Source of the DNA: an uncultured Acidobacteriota bacterium
GTDB taxonomy: Bacteria; Acidobacteriota; Vicinamibacteria; Vicinamibacterales; CAVVIG01
DNA: 64,000 nucleotides
Assembly: GCA_963711505.1 (NCBI GenBank)
Contig: CAVQEJ010000003.1
Span: forward strand, 2,131,073 to 2,195,072
Direction of reading: 5' to 3'
Shown here: positions 21,323 through 33,567 of the stretch, in pieces
Layout: every line of letters starts with the position of its first letter
How positions within the stretch are numbered: the stretch's first letter is position 1
The notes under the pieces: model-generated
Databases searched by the model: none
What the model was told of the DNA's origin: nothing
Seen by the model: the letters and a program-made list of their open reading frames with translations, nothing else
Position numbers and translations under genes: made by a program

Positions 21323-22128
21323 TGCGTGTACGTGCGATTGTCTCCGCCCTCGGCGTCGTGGTCCTGTGCGCCACCGGCGCCGCCGCCCAGACCCCGTCCG
21401 CCGGCGCGACGACCGCGGCCCCGAAGCCGGCCGCCACGGCCGCGCCGTCGGCGTGGGGCGCCAACATGGTCCGCCTGAGCCTGAACGCCGGCATCCAGGG
21501 CGGCGCCTCGGGCGTCAGCCAGAACTCGACGCTCACCATCTACGCGGAAAACGCGCCGCTGAACGTCAGCTACGGCAACAAGTCGGCGCCGCTGTTCGAC
21601 GGCGCGATCGACGTGCACGTCCACGGCCGCTTCGGCGTCGGCGTGGCGATCTCGTACGCGAAGGCGAAGGCGGACGGCCAGGTGCAGGCGCAGATCCCGA
21701 GCCCCTTCTACTTCAACCAGCTGCGCACCGTCAGCGGGACCGCCTCCGCCCTGCAGCGGACCGAGGTCGGGACGCACATCCAGGCCCTCTACCTGCTGCC
21801 GGTCAACGACCGGTTCGACGTGATGCTGAGCGGCGGCCCGTCGATCATCTACGTCGAGCAGGATCTCGTCAGCAGTGTCAACTTCACCGAGAGCTACCCC
21901 TACGACACGGCCACCTACGCCAGCGCCGGCCTGGCCCGCGTGAAGAAGTCGGGATTCGGGTTCAACGTCGGGGCCGACTTCACCTGGCGGCTCACCCGGA
22001 CGATCGGCGTCGGCGGCCTCGTCCGGTTCACCCGGGCCAGCGTCGCCCTGCCGCTGAGCGGACAGCCGTCCGTCACGGTGCAGGCCGGCGGCATCCAGGC
22101 GGGCGGCGGCATCCGGTTCATGTTCTGA
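21322..22128 (+). CDS. Outer-membrane beta-barrel protein
   Basis: Signal peptide, alternating amphipathic strands, C-terminal GIRFMF; start overlaps peptidase stop. Confidence 0.75.
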   Translation: MRVRAIVSALGVVVLCATGAAAQTPSAGATTAAPKPAATAAPSAWGANMVRLSLNAGIQGGASGVSQNSTLTIYAENAPLNVSYGNKSAPLFDGAIDVHVHGRFGVGVAISYAKAKADGQVQAQIPSPFYFNQLRTVSGTASALQRTEVGTHIQALYLLPVNDRFDVMLSGGPSIIYVEQDLVSSVNFTESYPYDTATYASAGLARVKKSGFGFNVGADFTWRLTRTIGVGGLVRFTRASVALPLSGQPSVTVQAGGIQAGGGIRFMF

Positions 22129-22141
22129 GGCGCGGCCCGTC

Positions 22142-22531
22142 ATGGCGACTGCCCCGCGGCGCCCGCGTCCCGCCTCAGCCGATCGTTTCACCTCGCGCGT
22201 CCTGACCGTGGTCCGGCGGATTCCGCCGGGCCGGGTCGCCACCTACGGCGATATCGCGCGGCTGGCCGGCCGGCCGCGTGCCTGGCGGGCCGTCGGCAAC
22301 GTCATGCGCACCTGCCACCGCCCCGACGTGCCCTGCCATCGCGTCATCGCCGCCGGCGGACGACTCGGCGGCTATGGCGGGAACGAAGGGCTGAAGCGGG
22401 CCCTGCTCGTCGCCGAGGGGGTCGCGGTGTCCGGTGGGCGGATCAGGCAGCTCGGCGAGGTGCGATGGCCCGCGACGGCGTCCGTCGCCGCCCGTCCCGC
22501 CGGGGGGGCCGCGCGGCGTCCCCGGCGCTGA
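22142..22531 (+). CDS. MGMT/Ogt-family alkylated-DNA repair protein (single domain)
   Basis: IPPGRVATYGDIA, RAVG, PCHRV active-site motif. Confidence 0.88.
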   Translation: MATAPRRPRPASADRFTSRVLTVVRRIPPGRVATYGDIARLAGRPRAWRAVGNVMRTCHRPDVPCHRVIAAGGRLGGYGGNEGLKRALLVAEGVAVSGGRIRQLGEVRWPATASVAARPAGGAARRPRR

Positions 22532-22546
22532 TCGCGCCACCGCGCG

Positions 22547-22573
22547 GGAACCTTCCCTGGCCGCCGTCCGTCA
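22547..22573 (+). promoter_or_regulatory. Putative ECF sigma autoregulatory promoter GGAAC-N17-CGTC
   Basis: GGAAC 22547-22551, CGTC 22569-22572, about 105 bp upstream of the ECF sigma gene. Confidence 0.5.
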
Positions 22574-22676
22574 CCAGAACCAGCAGCCGGCACGGCCGGC
22601 CCCCCGGAACCGCCCTTTTTTCGGAGCCGCGGCAACGCGACCGGCCGGCGGCCCCGTCTAAGCTGACAGGAGACAC

Positions 22677-23240
22677 GTGAGAGCGGCAGATGCAGAGCTG
22701 GTCGCCAGGTGCCGGAACGGCGATCTGGACGCCTTCGAGGAGCTGTACAGGCAGCACTCGCCACGCCTCTACAGCGTGGCGAGCCGGATGGCAGGCACCT
22801 CGGCCGATGCCGAGGACCTCCTGCAGGAGATCTTCCTCCAGGCGCATCGCAAGCTCGGCACGTTCAAGGGCGAGTCGGCGCTGGCGACCTGGCTCTATCG
22901 GCTGGCCATGAATGTCTGCCTCGACTTCGTCCGGAGCCGCCGGGCGCGCACCGACCGCCTCACCGACTCGCTCGACGACGATCGGCCGGGCGCGGTCCCC
23001 TCGCCGCAGACGCTGCCGGCCAACGGCGTGGCCCGGCTCGATCTGGAACGGGCGGTTGCAGGACTGCCCGACGGCTGCCGGGCCGCCTTCCTGCTCCACG
23101 ACGTGGAAGGCTTCGAGCACCACGAGGTCGCGTCGATTCTGGGTGTGAGCACCGGCACCTCGAAGTCGCAGGTGCACAAGGCACGGATGAAGATCAGAAC
23201 CTATCTCGCCAGACGCCAGACTGCGGGGGCGAGTGACTGA
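22677..23240 (+). CDS. ECF RNA polymerase sigma factor
   Basis: DAEDLLQEIF, TWLYRLAMN, region 4 HHEVASILGVSTGTSKSQVHKAR. Confidence 0.93.
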   Translation: MRAADAELVARCRNGDLDAFEELYRQHSPRLYSVASRMAGTSADAEDLLQEIFLQAHRKLGTFKGESALATWLYRLAMNVCLDFVRSRRARTDRLTDSLDDDRPGAVPSPQTLPANGVARLDLERAVAGLPDGCRAAFLLHDVEGFEHHEVASILGVSTGTSKSQVHKARMKIRTYLARRQTAGASD

Positions 23241-24027
23241 CATGACGAGCTGCGATCGATACAGCGAAGCGATCGGCGACTACGTGGACGGCACGCTCGA
23301 CGAGCGGGCCGGACGCGAGCTCGAGCTGCACCTCGCCGGCTGCCCGTCGTGCCGGGCCCTGGTCGCCGACCTGCGGCAGATCCGGGACACGGCGCGGCAG
23401 CTCGAACCGATGGAGCCGCCGGCCCGTGTCTGGACGGCCCTGGCGCAGCAGATCGCGGCGGACCGTGCCGCCGCCGCTCCGGTGCGACCGGCGGGCGGCC
23501 GGCGATCCGGACTGGCGGCCTGGTTGTCGCCGGCCTGGCAGACCGGACTGGCCGCCGCGGCGGTCATTGCCGTGATCACCGTGACGGCGTCGATCGTCTG
23601 GCTGATCGAGCGGCCGGGCGGCATGCCGGCCGGTCCGGCCACGGCGAGCACCTCGGCACCCGCGACGCCGGAATCGGCGGGCCCGGCAACGGCCGAGTCG
23701 GTGGCCGGCGAGCTGAAGCAGGCCGAGGGGCACTACCAGAAGGCGATCGAGGGCCTCCAGCAGATCGCCAAGGACGGCGAGGGGTCGCTGGACCCGAAAG
23801 TGGCCGAATCGCTGCAGAAGAACCTCGCCATTGTCGATCAGGCGATCGCCGACAGCCGGGCGGCGCTTCAGCAGCAGCCGACGAGCGAGCCGGCCCAGGC
23901 GAGCCTGCTCGACGCCTTCCGGACGAAGGTCGGCCTGCTGCAGGAGACCATCTCGCTCATCAACGAGATGCGGAAGGGCAACCAGGCCGGTGCCGCCCGC
24001 ATCATGCAAGACATGAAGAAATCCTGA
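23233..24027 (+). CDS. Zinc-finger (zf-HC2) anti-sigma factor
   Basis: HLAGCPSC (HxxxCxxC), one TM helix, overlaps sigma gene stop. Confidence 0.88.
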   Translation: MTDMTSCDRYSEAIGDYVDGTLDERAGRELELHLAGCPSCRALVADLRQIRDTARQLEPMEPPARVWTALAQQIAADRAAAAPVRPAGGRRSGLAAWLSPAWQTGLAAAAVIAVITVTASIVWLIERPGGMPAGPATASTSAPATPESAGPATAESVAGELKQAEGHYQKAIEGLQQIAKDGEGSLDPKVAESLQKNLAIVDQAIADSRAALQQQPTSEPAQASLLDAFRTKVGLLQETISLINEMRKGNQAGAARIMQDMKKS

Positions 24028-24035
24028 AACGGACC

Positions 24036-25058
24036 ATGACCATGATTCTCAGTCAGCGGTTTGCAGTCGTCTACGTCGCGGCGGTCGCAGGGCTCCTCGT
24101 CGTTCCCAGCGGGTCCCTGCCGGGCCTGCCGGGCACCGGCCGCGCCACGCTGCGGGCGGCCGGCGCGGCGCAGGACCGATCGGCGGACGATCAGGGCGCT
24201 CGGGTCAGCCGCACCATCAAGGTCGGCCGGAACAGCTCGCTGACCGTCTCGAACCTCTCCGGCGACATCTCGGTCACCGGCGGCCGCGGCAGCCAGATCC
24301 GGGTCGAGGCGGTCAAGCGCTCGGGGCGCGGCCTCGCCAGCGGGACGCGGCTCGAGGACGTCCGTGTCGACGTGGCCGAGCACGGCGACCGCGTGGAGGT
24401 CCGGACGCTGTACCGCGGGGGCAACACCCACGTCTCGGTCGACTACACCATCACCGTGCCGGCCGATGCGGCGGTCTACGTCCGCTCGGTGTCGGGCGAC
24501 GTCAAGGTGGCGCAGGTGCAGGGCGAGACGCGGGCCGAGAGCGTCAGCGGCGACGTCTCGGTCACCGGGGTCAGCCATCTCGACAAGGCGAGCTCGGTCT
24601 CGGGTAACGTCACGCTCACCAATGCGGCCTCCGAGGGCGACCTGTCGACCGGCAGCGTCAGCGGCAACGTGACCATCCACGGGCTGAAGGCCGGTGGCCT
24701 CGATCTGTCCTCGGTCAGCGGCGATCTGAACGTGAGCGGGCTCACCTGCCCGCGCGTGAGCGCCCGGACGGTCAGCGGCACGTTCAGCCTCGAGGGCCCG
24801 CTCGCCAGGAACGGCCGCTACGAGATCTCGTCGCACTCGGGCGACATCCGCCTGCGCCTGGCCGGCAACACCGGCTTCGAGCTGAACGCGTCGAGCTTCT
24901 CGGGCGACATCGACACCGACTATCCGATCACCATGCGCGACACCGGCAGCGAAAGCGGCCGCCGCTCGCGTCACGCCATCCGCGGGACGTTCGGGGATGC
25001 GAGCGCGCTGCTGAGCATCCGCACGTTCAGCGGCAGCATCTCGCTCCGCCGGCAGTAA
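24036..25058 (+). CDS. DUF4097/adhesin-like beta-strand repeat protein
   Basis: Signal peptide; repeated SVSGDV/SVSGNV motifs; typical third gene of ECF operons. Confidence 0.85.
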   Translation: MTMILSQRFAVVYVAAVAGLLVVPSGSLPGLPGTGRATLRAAGAAQDRSADDQGARVSRTIKVGRNSSLTVSNLSGDISVTGGRGSQIRVEAVKRSGRGLASGTRLEDVRVDVAEHGDRVEVRTLYRGGNTHVSVDYTITVPADAAVYVRSVSGDVKVAQVQGETRAESVSGDVSVTGVSHLDKASSVSGNVTLTNAASEGDLSTGSVSGNVTIHGLKAGGLDLSSVSGDLNVSGLTCPRVSARTVSGTFSLEGPLARNGRYEISSHSGDIRLRLAGNTGFELNASSFSGDIDTDYPITMRDTGSESGRRSRHAIRGTFGDASALLSIRTFSGSISLRRQ

Positions 25059-25277
25059 GGCGCGCCGTCCGCGCCCGGCCGGCGGTCCGTCTCCACGGTC
25101 GAGCGGTCGTCTCGATCGCCGAACGGACTGTCGCCGTTTCAGACGCCGACGCACCGGATCCTTCACGATCCGGACTCCGGCGCAGCTGCCGCGCCGGATC
25201 CCCCGCTCCATTGAGCCGCAACGCTCATGTTTTGAACAAGTTACAAAATCACATCCGCACCCGTCCTGTTCCGGCGC

Positions 25278-25293
25278 TGGCACTCGCCTTGCT
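25278..25293 (+). promoter_or_regulatory. Sigma-54 (-24/-12) promoter
   Basis: TGGCAC-TCGCC-TTGCT matches consensus TGGCAC-N5-TTGCW; AT-rich IHF-like tract at about 25228-25252 upstream. Confidence 0.7.
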
Positions 25294-25549
25294 CACAGCT
25301 CCTGCGGGCGGCGGGAATCGTGCAATCGTTGCACACGCCTGACGAAGAATCCTGTCGAGTCGCCGTCAACGAGCGGATCGGCTCGTCCGGCCTTCGGTAT
25401 AATTGCTGAAGCCAGTACCGACTCCGGCTGCTGCCGGGATCGCCCGCTCCGGATCGTGACGATCCGGCACCGGTCAGAAGGCTTTCGTTGCTGCCCGTGC
25501 GGCGCCGGCGGATCGTCGCCGCACCCAGCAGGCTATGAGGAGGCAAGAC

Positions 25550-26026
25550 ATGAACCGAGCATTCCTCGTCGGCATTCTCGTGGGAGCGGTGGCAGGCACC
25601 GCGTACGCCGCCCCCGGGCCGATGACCACGAACGGATCCGCGCTGTCGGGCAGCGCCCGGACGACGATGGCGCAGGCGACGGGCATGGAGCGGCTGGCGA
25701 CGGTGCGGATCAGGCACCGCGTGACCGCCAATGGCGAGCCGCTGGCGCCGGGCACGTACGTCCTGATGCTGGACGGCGAGGGCCCTGCGGTGGAGGGTCA
25801 GGCCTCGTCGGAGCGCTGGGTCGAGTTCCACCAGCGCGGGCAGGTCAAGGGCAAGGAGCTCGCCAGCGTGATTCCGGTCGACAAGATCAGCGAGGTCAGC
25901 AAGGACCCCAACAGGCCGAAGCCCGGCCACGCGCGGGTCGAGGTCCTCAAGAGCGGCGAGTACCTCCGGATCTGGGTGAACAAGGGCGGCGACAACTACC
26001 TCATCCACCTGCCGATCACCAAGTAG
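25550..26026 (+). CDS. Hypothetical secreted protein
   Basis: GAGGAGG RBS, signal peptide MNRAFLVGILVGAVAGTAYA, beta-rich mature region. Confidence 0.75.
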   Translation: MNRAFLVGILVGAVAGTAYAAPGPMTTNGSALSGSARTTMAQATGMERLATVRIRHRVTANGEPLAPGTYVLMLDGEGPAVEGQASSERWVEFHQRGQVKGKELASVIPVDKISEVSKDPNRPKPGHARVEVLKSGEYLRIWVNKGGDNYLIHLPITK

Positions 26027-26027
26027 A

Positions 26028-26107
26028 GTCGTCGTCGGTCTACGGTCTTCAGTCCTGTCGGTCTTCAGTTCCCACTGTCGACCGCAGACTGCAGACCGTA
26101 GACGACG
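26028..26107. terminator. Heptamer-built inverted repeat between convergent genes (likely bidirectional terminator)
   Basis: gtcgtcggtctacggtct ... agactgcagaccgtagacgac. Confidence 0.5.
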
Positions 26108-26116
26108 TCCTTCCCC

Positions 26117-27716
<1,600 letters not shown>

Positions 27717-27907
27717 GCCGAACACTCCCGGGACGGCCGGTTCGCGCGGATCGGACGACGAGCGGAATGGACGCCCGGCCGGTGGGACCGCCCGTCAGGG
27801 CGGCGCCCCCTGGGCGCGCCGTCAGCCGCCATGCGTCGGTCCGCGTCTCCGTCATCGAACCCTGCTCCAACCGTCCCGCGAAACGACCATGTCTGCGGAG
27901 GCCCGGC

Positions 27908-29005
27908 CTAGTTGGTGAACCGGCGCATCCGAACGTTCAGGATCAGCCCGAAGCCGGCGAGCGTGGCGATCATCGACGATCCGCCATAGCTCATCAGCGG
28001 GAGCGTGAGTCCCTTGACCGGGGCGAGCCCGGCCGACATGGTGATGTTGTAGACGACCTGGAACGTGAAGCCCGCGAGGACTCCCAGCACCAGGTACGCG
28101 CCGAGCCGGTCGTTCGACAGCCGTGCCGCCTCCAGCGCCCGTATGATCACGAACAGATACAGCCCGAGCGTCGCGAGGACGCCGATGAACCCCTGCTCCT
28201 CGGCCAGCACCGAGAAGATGAAATCGTTATGGGCCACGGGCAGGAAGCGCAGCTGCCCCTGCATCCCTTTGCCGAACCCCTTGCCTTCCAGTCCGCCGGA
28301 CCCGACGGTGATGCGGGCCTGAATCTGCTGGTAGCCCGCCCCGCGCGCGTCCAGCGTGGGGTTGAGAAACGTGGTAATCCGCGACTTCTGATAGTCCTTG
28401 AGCCCGTAACGCCACGCGACGGGCGCCATCAGCACCAGCGCCAGCGCGAGGATGCCCAGCATCTTCATCCGCATGCCAGCCATATAGGCAATCGCCACGT
28501 AGATGGGAATGAGGGTCACGGCTGTGCCGAGATCGGGCTCCTTGGCGATGAGCGCGAGCGGCACGAGCGTGAGCACGCCGGCGAGACCGAGTTCGAGCGG
28601 CGACGGGATGCCCTGCCGGTTCTCGCCGAAGAACTTCGCGAGCACCAGCGCCACCGCCAGCTTGGCGAACTCCGACGGCTGGAGGTTGAAGACGTGGAGC
28701 TGAATCCAGCGACGCGACCCGCCGGCGAGCGAACCGAACAGGAGGACGTACAGCAGGAGGGCCAGCATCCCGATGTAGACGAGGTGGGACTTGTCGGCCA
28801 GCGTCCGGTAGTCGATCGACAGGCAGAACACCAGGGCGCCGAAGCCGAGCAGGATGGCGTAGCACTGCGTCCGATAGAGCTGCGAGTCACTGCCATGCAC
28901 GGCACCCGTCACGCTGTAGATCATCGCGACGCCGATGACACACAGCGTGAGAATGGCTCCCAGCAGCAGCCAGTCGATGTAATGCCAGAGATCCCTGTCA
29001 AACAT
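27908..29005 (-). CDS. rodA: Rod shape-determining protein RodA
   Basis: QPSEFAK, EPDLGT, GYQQIQARITVGSGG, HNDFIFSV, LMSYGGSS. Confidence 0.96.
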   Translation of the reverse strand: MFDRDLWHYIDWLLLGAILTLCVIGVAMIYSVTGAVHGSDSQLYRTQCYAILLGFGALVFCLSIDYRTLADKSHLVYIGMLALLLYVLLFGSLAGGSRRWIQLHVFNLQPSEFAKLAVALVLAKFFGENRQGIPSPLELGLAGVLTLVPLALIAKEPDLGTAVTLIPIYVAIAYMAGMRMKMLGILALALVLMAPVAWRYGLKDYQKSRITTFLNPTLDARGAGYQQIQARITVGSGGLEGKGFGKGMQGQLRFLPVAHNDFIFSVLAEEQGFIGVLATLGLYLFVIIRALEAARLSNDRLGAYLVLGVLAGFTFQVVYNITMSAGLAPVKGLTLPLMSYGGSSMIATLAGFGLILNVRMRRFTN

Positions 29006-29013
29006 ATTCAAAT

Positions 29014-29126
29014 GGGGCGCTGCCCCAAACCCCGGCTCGCTTCACTCGCTCGCGGCACCACTCGCTCCGTTCCGCTCGCGGGCCCGCCGTGCGGGCCGTT
29101 ACGCGGCGGGGCGCTGCCCGAGCCCC
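29014..29126. repeat. REP/MITE-like element, family 1
   Basis: GGGGCGCTGCCCC...CACTCGCTCGC...GCGGGCCCGCCGTGCGGGCCGTTACGC; close copies at 60828 and about 61900-62060. Confidence 0.8.
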
Positions 29127-29168
29127 GTAGCCTGTAGCCCGGAGCCCTTAGCCCGTCGCCCGCGTCTA

Positions 29169-31092
29169 TCAGCGCTGTCCCGTGCCGCCCGTCGTCGTGG
29201 CGGCCGCCGCGGTGGCCACGTCCGGCTTCGGCTTCTTCGGCCAGACGGGCAGCGGCTTGCCTTCCTGCTCGGCGCGGTAGGTCTCTACGGCGAACCTCGC
29301 GATCGGAATCGCAGCCGCCGCCGGATGGCCGGAATGCTCGGCGAAAACGACGCCGGCAATCTGCGGGTGATCCACCGGCGCGAAGAAGACGAACCAGCCG
29401 TGGTCGCCGAGGTTGCGGTCCGTCTTGCCGGCCGCCGCCGCCGCGCCGGCGCGCGAGATGACCTGCGCCGTGCCGGTCTTGCCCGCCACCTCGAAGCCGG
29501 CCAGGTCCGCGCTGTTCGGTCCCGGCTTGTGCCAGTCCCAGTACGCCGTGCCGCCCGGCTGGTTGACGACCATCGACAGCCCCTCGTGCAGCGTCTCGAC
29601 CGTCTCCGGCTTCAGGTGGACCACCGACTTGGGCGGCGGCGGCGGCACCGGCTTCCAGCCGCTGCCGTCGTCGACGGCCTTCAGCAGGTGCGGCGTCACG
29701 CGCGTGCCGCCGTTGGCGATCGTCGAGATCATCACGGCCAGTGGAATCGGCGTCACCGAGACCTGTCCCTGGCCGATGGCGACCGAGATCGTCTCGCCGG
29801 CGTACCACTTCTCGCCCGTCGTCTCCTTCTTCCACGCCGGAGACGGCACGATCCCCTGCACCTCGTTCGGCAGGTCGATTCCGGACTTGACGCCGAGGCC
29901 CAGCAGGTTCGCCCACTTGTGGATGTTGTCGATCCCGACCATGTTGCCGAGCGTATAGAAGTACCACGTCGCAAGACTGCTGGATCGCCTGCGCCATGTC
30001 GAGCGTGCCGTGTCCCTGCGGCCGCCAGCAGTGGAAGTAGCGGCCGTAGAAGTCCGCGCCGCCCGTGCAGTGCACCTTGAAGTCGGGCGTCGCAATGCCT
30101 TCTTCGAGCGCGGCGGTCGCCACCACGACCTTGAACGTGGACCCCGGCGGGTACCGCCCCTGCAGCGCGCGGTCCTCGAGCGGATGGAGCTTGTCGGTCG
30201 TCAGGGAGGCCCACTCGGCGTGGTCGATGCCCGAGGCGAACGTGTTCGGGTCGTATTCGGGCAGGCTCGTCAGCGAGAGCACCTCGCCGGTGTTCGGGTT
30301 GAGGATCACCGCCGCGCCGTTGTACCCCGTCTCGTGGAAGCCCTCCTCGACCGCCTTCTGCAGCGTTTCGTCGATGGTCAGCTTGATGCGGCGCCCCTCG
30401 ACGGGCGGAATCTCCTCGAGCGTCCGCATCTCGCGGCCCATGCTGTTGACGACGACCCGGCGCGCGCCGTCCTCCCCCATCAGCAGGCTGTTGTAGATCT
30501 TCTCGAGCCCCGTCTGCCCGACGATGTCGCCGCTGTCGAGCCCGTCGGAGCTGACCTGCCGGTCGCTCACCTCGCCCACGTAGCCGAACAGGTGCGCGGC
30601 GAGCGAATCGGGCGGGTACCGACGCGTCGGCACCTTCTCGACGACGACGTCGGGCAGTTCGGAATCGAGGCGCCGCGCCATCACGGCCGCGACCTGCGCC
30701 AGCGTGGCGTCCTGCACGATGATGATCGGCTCGTAGGACGGCTGGTGGCGGTGCCGGTCGATGACGTCGCGGATCTGCGCCGCCTTCATGCCGAGGACGT
30801 CGGCCAGCAGGTGGATCGTGCGGTCGAGGTTTCGGGTGTGCTCGCGGACCAGCGCGATGTCGTAGGAGTTGCGGTTCTCGACCAGGACGCGGTCGTCGCG
30901 ATCGAAGATCAGGCCGCGCGGCGCCCGCAGGGCGAGCGTCCGCTGGTGGTTGTTCTCGGCCATCTCCTCGTAGGTCGCGTGCTGCACGACCTGCAGGATC
31001 CAGAACCCGACGGCCAGGACGATGAACAACGCCACCAGTCCATAGCGGAGCACCGACAGACGGAACGCAATCTTCCGGCGATCTTCAGCCAT
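29169..31092 (-). CDS. mrdA: Penicillin-binding protein 2 (frameshift near 29965)
   Basis: APRGLIFDR, SxxK (GSTFK), SCD, KTG (GKTGTAQ); within mre operon. Confidence 0.93.
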
Positions 31093-31116
31093 GCTTCCTG
31101 TCCCCGATTCCCGGAG

Positions 31117-31642
31117 TCAGCGTCTCATCCGGCGCCCGGTCCGTGGCCGCCGCAGCCGACGCCGCTCGATGGCCCCCGGCAGCACTTCCACGATCTCGAA
31201 CGCGACGACGCCGACGACCGCATTGCCCACGCCCTGGATCGCCACCGCCGCGTAGGGCGACGAGAAGTGCCGCAGGTCCAGCAGCGCGTACAGCCCCATG
31301 AACAGAATCGCCCGCGCCACCGTGGCCCCGAAGAACACCACCATGCGCGTCAGCGGCTGGGTCACGATGAACTGCGTGCCGACCAGCCCCGCCACGAAGC
31401 CGACGATGGTGTCCGCCAGCCCGCCGATGCCGATGATGCCCCCCGAGAGGGCGTCCTGCGCGAGCCCGCCCAGGGTGCCGACCAGCAGCCCCGTGAACGG
31501 CCCCGACGACAGGGCGACGTAGACGACGACGACCAGGACCAGATCGACCGGCACGTTGCCGTACGACGGTGATCGCGTGCGCCACGGTCGTCTGCAGCGC
31601 CAGCGCCGCCGTGACGGCCAGGACCATCCAGACGGCCTTCAC
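31117..31642 (-). CDS. mreD: Rod shape-determining protein MreD (frameshift near 31565)
   Basis: PVDLVLVVVVYVAL...GLAQDALSGG; position between mreC and mrdA. Confidence 0.88.
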
Positions 31643-32484
31643 TCGTGGCCCGCTCCCGTGTCGCGCGACGGCGGCGGCGTCGTGATGACCATCACCTCTT
31701 CCAGGCTCCGGAAGTCCACGGCCGGCGCAATCGCGATGAGCTTGTAGCCGCCGACGCCATGCTGCACGGTCGTCACCCGGCCGATCACGAAGCCCTTCGG
31801 GTAGATGCCATCGATGCCGGACGTGATCACCTCGTCCCCGCTCTTCACGTCGGCCGTCTCCCCGACGTACTGCATCCGCAGCGCGCCGGTATCGCCGCCC
31901 ATGACGACGCCCTGGGCCCTCGACCGCTCGATGATCGCGCCGGCCGCCGCGTTGCGGTCGATCAGCAGCTGCACCTGCGCGGCGTGCAGCCCTGCCATCA
32001 CGACGCGGCCGACCACGCCCCCGGGCGCGATGACCGCCATGTCGCGGCGGACGCCGCCGTCGGTCCCCCGATCGATCGTCACGGTGCGGAACTCGGGGGT
32101 CGCCCCGGCCGCGATCACGTCCGCCGCGGCCATCGACAGGTTCGATCGATCCTTCAGCCCGAGCAACTGCTCGAGCGTCCGGCTCCGCTGGGCCAGCGCC
32201 CGCTGCTCCTGGACCTGCACCTGCGCCGCCGCCAGCTGGTTCCGCAGCAGGGTGTTGTCGGCGCGCACGCCCCGCAGGGCCGCGTAGTTGTCCCAGACCT
32301 GCTCGGCCCCGTCGACGACCGCCGCCGTGCCGCGCTGGACCTCGGAGAAGACACCGAAGGTGATCTCGGCCAGCACGGGGACCCCGGTGCGCGAGGTCAC
32401 CTGTGTCGAGATGAGGATGATGTGCCCCACCACGACGGCGGCGAGCAGGTAGCCGGTGTGCTGGCGAAGGTCGAGAATGGTCAC
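31639..32484 (-). CDS. mreC: Rod shape-determining protein MreC
   Basis: TM plus coiled coil, TIDRG..GV..DMAV, VITSGIDGIYPKG. Confidence 0.93.
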   Translation of the reverse strand: MTILDLRQHTGYLLAAVVVGHIILISTQVTSRTGVPVLAEITFGVFSEVQRGTAAVVDGAEQVWDNYAALRGVRADNTLLRNQLAAAQVQVQEQRALAQRSRTLEQLLGLKDRSNLSMAAADVIAAGATPEFRTVTIDRGTDGGVRRDMAVIAPGGVVGRVVMAGLHAAQVQLLIDRNAAAGAIIERSRAQGVVMGGDTGALRMQYVGETADVKSGDEVITSGIDGIYPKGFVIGRVTTVQHGVGGYKLIAIAPAVDFRSLEEVMVITTPPPSRDTGAGHE

Positions 32485-32486
32485 GT

Positions 32487-33512
<1,026 letters not shown>

Positions 33513-33567
33513 CGACGGGCTCCTTCACGAAAATGCGCACATACTGTGATGACCGGGCGGCCGCGTG

